This document shows positions 60,302 to 64,000 of a stretch of 64,000 bases of DNA, piece by piece. The notes beneath the pieces were generated by a model, which was not told the origin of the DNA, did no database searches, and saw only the letters and a list, made by a program, of their open reading frames with translations. The DNA comes from Candidatus Eremiobacteria bacterium (GTDB lineage Bacteria > Vulcanimicrobiota > Vulcanimicrobiia > Vulcanimicrobiales > Vulcanimicrobiaceae): assembly GCA_963737065.1 (NCBI GenBank), contig CAVTRC010000001.1, forward strand, positions 2,016,001-2,080,000, given 5' to 3'. Numbering within the stretch: position 1 is the stretch's first letter; each line of letters begins with the position of its first letter. The translations under genes and the position numbers were made by a program.

Positions 60302-63300
60302 ACGGCTTCAGCTTAACCCGCCTCTTCGTCCACCGGCCCACGCTCGTTTTCGTCATCGTCGCGCTGATGATGTTCGCCGGTATTCTCTCGATGATGTTGA
60401 TCCCAAAGGAACTGTTTCCGAACGTTAGTCAACCGACCATTACGATTTCCGTCGGGTATAGCGGCGCGTCCGTTACGGAAATGCGCGATGAGATTGTCAA
60501 ACCGATCGAAGAAAACTTGGCCGGTACGCCCGATTTGCAGACGATCAATAGCGTCGTGCAGCAAGGGCAAGCGACGATCTCTGCGACGTTCGACATTCAG
60601 TCCGATACGGCGACCGATCTCGCGCTGACGAATAAAGCCGTACAGGCGTCGCAACGTCTCTTGCCGGCGAACATTCAACAGCCGACGGTCAATCTGCGCG
60701 ATCCCGCCGAATCGGTGGTGGTGACGCTCGCGCTGCATTCCGCGAAGCTCAGCCTCTCAGAATTGTCGCAGCTCGCGCAAAACGAAGTGGTTCCGCAGGT
60801 GGAGCAAGTTCCGGGCATTTCATTTGCGAACGTCGGTGGCGTCGTGACGCCGGCGTACGAGATCGAAGTCGATCCGGTCAAGTTGGCGGCCGCGAACCTG
60901 ACGCTGAACGACGTCATCAATACCGTCTCGAGCGATAACCAGCGCGTTCCCGGAGGTTTCGCGTATGAGCCCAACCGGCAGACCGCCGTCGAAGTGCGTG
61001 GCGACATCACGTCGCTCGATACGGTTCGCAACCTTCCGATTCTGACCGGATCGGGCGCCGCAGGATCAACGCCGAACGGTGCGCAGGTCGAAAATATCAA
61101 CGGCGGCGTGAACGCGCTGGCCGGCAGCGTCAATCCCTGGACGGCGAGCAACAGCGTCGTTCGTATCGCTGACGTCGCCACCGTAACGGCCGGCAACGAA
61201 CCGCGCCTGCAGTTCGCACAAGTCAGCGGCAAACCCGGCCTGTTCTTGCAGATCCAAAAGATGTCGCAAGCGAGCGAAATCGATTCGGCAAACGCGCTCC
61301 TGAAGTCGCTGCCCGAGCTCGAGCGGCAATTCCCGATGATTCAGTTCCAAATCATCAACGTGCAATCGAAATTCACCGAGCAGCAGATCTCTCTCGTCGC
61401 GCGCACGCTCGCGGAAGCGGTTCTGCTGACCGGTATCGCGATGATTTTCTTCCTGCGTTCCTGGCGAAGCGCCATTGTCGTCTGCGTCGCCATTCCGACC
61501 TCGCTTGCGATCGCGATCACCGCCATGAAGTTGATGAACATGACGATCGATACGGTCTCGCTGCTCGGGATGTCGCTCGTCATTGGTATTCTCGTCGATG
61601 ACTCGACGGTCGTCTTGGAAAACATCGAGCGGCATTTCACGGAACTGAAGGAGCCGCCCGAAGAAGCCGCGGTCCACGGCCGCGAAGAGATCGGTGCGGC
61701 GGCAGTGGTGATCACCTTGGTCGACGTCGTTGTATTCTTCCCGATTGCGTTCATTCAAGGTCAAGTGGGCCGCAATCTCTCGGAATTCGCCATCGTCGTT
61801 GTGATCTCGACTCTGACGTCCCTCTTCGTCTCGTTTACGATCACGCCGACGCTTGCGGGTTTGTGGGCGCTGCGTTCCCACTGGAAGCCGTGGCGTCCGG
61901 TTGAGTGGTTCGGAGAAAAATTCGACGACGTTCGCGACTGGTACACCAAACGCGCCCTGCCGTGGGGCATCGAACACGGCGCACTCGTCGCGGCCTTCTG
62001 CGCGATCACGTTCGGTATTGCAATCGGCATGGTCGGATTTGGTATCGTCGGTGAAGAGTTCATTCCGGGAACCGATCGGGGTGAAATCTACATCCAGCTG
62101 ACGTATCCGATCGGAACGCCGGTCAGCACGGTCTCAAAAGGGACGTTCGCGTTAGAGAAAGCGATCGACGCAAACCGAGCCGATATTCAACACGATACTG
62201 CGGTAGCGGGCGCATATTCCGCATCGTTCGGCGGATTCGTTACGCAGAGCAACGTCGGTCAAGTTCACATCTTCCTCAACGACGACCGCAAGCACCCGAC
62301 GAATTATTGGGTCGAGCAATTCAGGGCGCTGACGCGCAAACACTTGCCGGCCGATGTTCAGGCCACGGTCGTTCCGTCGACCGGTTCGCATGGAGGCAAC
62401 GCTCAGCCCATCGATCTGCTGGTTACCGACATCACGGGTGGCGATCCGACGCTCTACGCCCAGACGGTGCTCAATGCCGTGCGTCAAGTGAAGGGCGCGA
62501 CATCGGTCAACAGCAGCGGAACGGACTTGGCACCCGAAGTGTCTGTAATTTTCGATCGCCAAAAAATGCAAGCGCTCAATGTCGACATCGGAACGGCGGC
62601 GCAAGCCGTGGGCGCAGCGTTCGGCGGTAACGTTGCGACCCAGTTCGAAACGACCTCGGGACTCGAACAGGTTCAAGTCATTTATCCGCCTGCGTATCAG
62701 ACGAGTATCGCGACGCTAAAGAACGTTCCGATTCGCGCGCAGAACGGCTCCATCGTGTATTTGGGCGATTTTGCGACGCTCGAATCCACGCCCACGGCGC
62801 CCCTGATGACACGGGTCAATCGGAATACCGTCATTCATATCAACGCGAACATTGGTCCGGGCGCATCGCTCTCGTCGGTGGAAGACGCAATCATGCGGAA
62901 GATTCCGTCGCTGCACCTGCCGCCGAACATCGTCGTGCGGCCCGCGCCGCTCGGCCAGCAAGACTTCATGCATCAGACGCTCGTAGGCATCGGCACGTCG
63001 ATGATCGTGTCGGTGTTGCTCGTGTACTTGCTGATGGTCGCGCTCTACAATAGCTATCTCTCGCCGTTTATCATTATCTTCTCGGTGCCGGTCGCCGCAA
63101 TCGGCGCGCTAACGGCACTTTTCGTCACCGGCAAAACGCTCAATCTGTTCTCATTGATCGGTACGATTTTGCTCATCGGTATTGCAACAAAGAACGGAAT
63201 TCTGCTCGTTGACTACGCCAATACACTGCGCGAGCGCGGGTACGACAAGTTTCACGCGATCATGGAGAGCGCGCACGTGCGATTCCGTCCGATCATCATG

Positions 63301-63549
63301 ACGAGTTTCTCGGTCGTTGCCGGTAATTTACCGCTCGCGCTCGCACTCGATCCGGGAGCGGAGTCGCGCTCCAGTCTCGGCATCGTCATCATCGGCGGCG
63401 TGTTGAGCTCGCTCGTTCTAACGCTGCTGCTGATTCCGAACGTGTACCTGTGGGTGGCGCCCTCCGACGCGCGGTTCCACGCCGGCACGAACGGCAGAGC
63501 GAAACAGCCGTCCGATAAATCTAAGGAGCTCGCACCGAACCCGAGTTGA
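60298..63549 (+). CDS. RND efflux permease (AcrB/MdtB family)
   Basis: GILVDDS.VVLEN, KNGILLVD, RFRPIIMT. Confidence 0.95.
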   Translation: MNGFSLTRLFVHRPTLVFVIVALMMFAGILSMMLIPKELFPNVSQPTITISVGYSGASVTEMRDEIVKPIEENLAGTPDLQTINSVVQQGQATISATFDIQSDTATDLALTNKAVQASQRLLPANIQQPTVNLRDPAESVVVTLALHSAKLSLSELSQLAQNEVVPQVEQVPGISFANVGGVVTPAYEIEVDPVKLAAANLTLNDVINTVSSDNQRVPGGFAYEPNRQTAVEVRGDITSLDTVRNLPILTGSGAAGSTPNGAQVENINGGVNALAGSVNPWTASNSVVRIADVATVTAGNEPRLQFAQVSGKPGLFLQIQKMSQASEIDSANALLKSLPELERQFPMIQFQIINVQSKFTEQQISLVARTLAEAVLLTGIAMIFFLRSWRSAIVVCVAIPTSLAIAITAMKLMNMTIDTVSLLGMSLVIGILVDDSTVVLENIERHFTELKEPPEEAAVHGREEIGAAAVVITLVDVVVFFPIAFIQGQVGRNLSEFAIVVVISTLTSLFVSFTITPTLAGLWALRSHWKPWRPVEWFGEKFDDVRDWYTKRALPWGIEHGALVAAFCAITFGIAIGMVGFGIVGEEFIPGTDRGEIYIQLTYPIGTPVSTVSKGTFALEKAIDANRADIQHDTAVAGAYSASFGGFVTQSNVGQVHIFLNDDRKHPTNYWVEQFRALTRKHLPADVQATVVPSTGSHGGNAQPIDLLVTDITGGDPTLYAQTVLNAVRQVKGATSVNSSGTDLAPEVSVIFDRQKMQALNVDIGTAAQAVGAAFGGNVATQFETTSGLEQVQVIYPPAYQTSIATLKNVPIRAQNGSIVYLGDFATLESTPTAPLMTRVNRNTVIHINANIGPGASLSSVEDAIMRKIPSLHLPPNIVVRPAPLGQQDFMHQTLVGIGTSMIVSVLLVYLLMVALYNSYLSPFIIIFSVPVAAIGALTALFVTGKTLNLFSLIGTILLIGIATKNGILLVDYANTLRERGYDKFHAIMESAHVRFRPIIMTSFSVVAGNLPLALALDPGAESRSSLGIVIIGGVLSSLVLTLLLIPNVYLWVAPSDARFHAGTNGRAKQPSDKSKELAPNPS

Positions 63550-63739
63550 GCGCCCAGGACAGCCACGTATCCATGCCCCAGCCGAGGATCAAGCCGAATG
63601 CAACACAGGTAATCGTGGCAACGATCAGGACTTTGCGCGTCCACACGCCGTAGTCGTGCTCGCGCACCCAAGCACCGGCAATCGCAACGCCGAGCGCGAT
63701 CGAAAGCGCCATGGAAAACGCGTAGTAAAAGAGCGTCAT
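63521..63739 (-). CDS. Small two-TM hypothetical protein
   Basis: Hydrophobic 72-aa ORF coupled by ATGA overlap to the upstream gene. Confidence 0.55.
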   Translation of the reverse strand: MTLFYYAFSMALSIALGVAIAGAWVREHDYGVWTRKVLIVATITCVAFGLILGWGMDTWLSWALNSGSVRAP

Positions 63740-64000
63740 GATGTTTCCAAGTCGCGATCGACGCCGTGCGGAATCAAGTAGTACAACGTAACGAAAATGT
63801 ATGCCGCGAAGCTTACAATCGGTGCGAGCAGCGCAACGAGCATCGCCGCGACGTAGATCGTCCAGCCGACCTTATATGCGTTCACGGTGCCGCGAAGCGT
63901 TTCGGGCGAGATTTCTCTTCGGAAAGCCGTGCTCGCCATGAGATGCTTGAGCATGACGTTGTAGATGGTCGCGCAGTACGTCAGCACGATGCCGTACAGA
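63736..64000 (-). CDS. TMEM175/DUF1211-like membrane protein, C-terminal part (runs off the right edge)
   Basis: YGIVL...IYVAAMLVALLAPIVSFAAYIFVTLYYLIP pattern. Confidence 0.6.
   Translation of the reverse strand, partial: LYGIVLTYCATIYNVMLKHLMASTAFRREISPETLRGTVNAYKVGWTIYVAAMLVALLAPIVSFAAYIFVTLYYLIPHGVDRDLETS

Overview
This is a GC-rich (about 60%) bacterial chromosomal segment. It is probably from a diderm Terrabacteria lineage such as Ca. Eremiobacterota; this is inferred from the large TonB-receptor-like protein together with Gram-positive-type SOS boxes and a divergent lexA/LysM pair. From left to right it holds: a surface-glycan region (>1000-aa GT-C-like membrane protein, four SAM methyltransferases, GT2, two rfbD, rfbC, flippase, gmd/rmd); an ECF sigma/anti-sigma operon; kamDE; thiolase-hbd-acyl-CoA dehydrogenase; sucCD; a Cys-rich TonB-receptor-like gene; lexA; panC-coaBC-coaX-dusB; an uncharacterised aminotransferase/START/acyl-ACP-reductase-like operon; greA-lysS; truA; rplM-rpsI; and an RND pump. 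Many single-base frameshifts, including one in essential rplM, look like long-read indel errors. I see no CRISPR array, integrase or transposase. Three signals stand out. (1) A perfect-cloverleaf tRNA with an Arg-type body but a non-canonical anticodon loop, followed by a 39-nt antisense copy of its own 5' half. (2) A multi-hairpin palindromic repeat family (6 copies) that sits on gene starts, keeps reading frames open and supplies the LysS N-terminus. (3) A four-gene operon whose chemistry suggests long-chain alkylamine synthesis.
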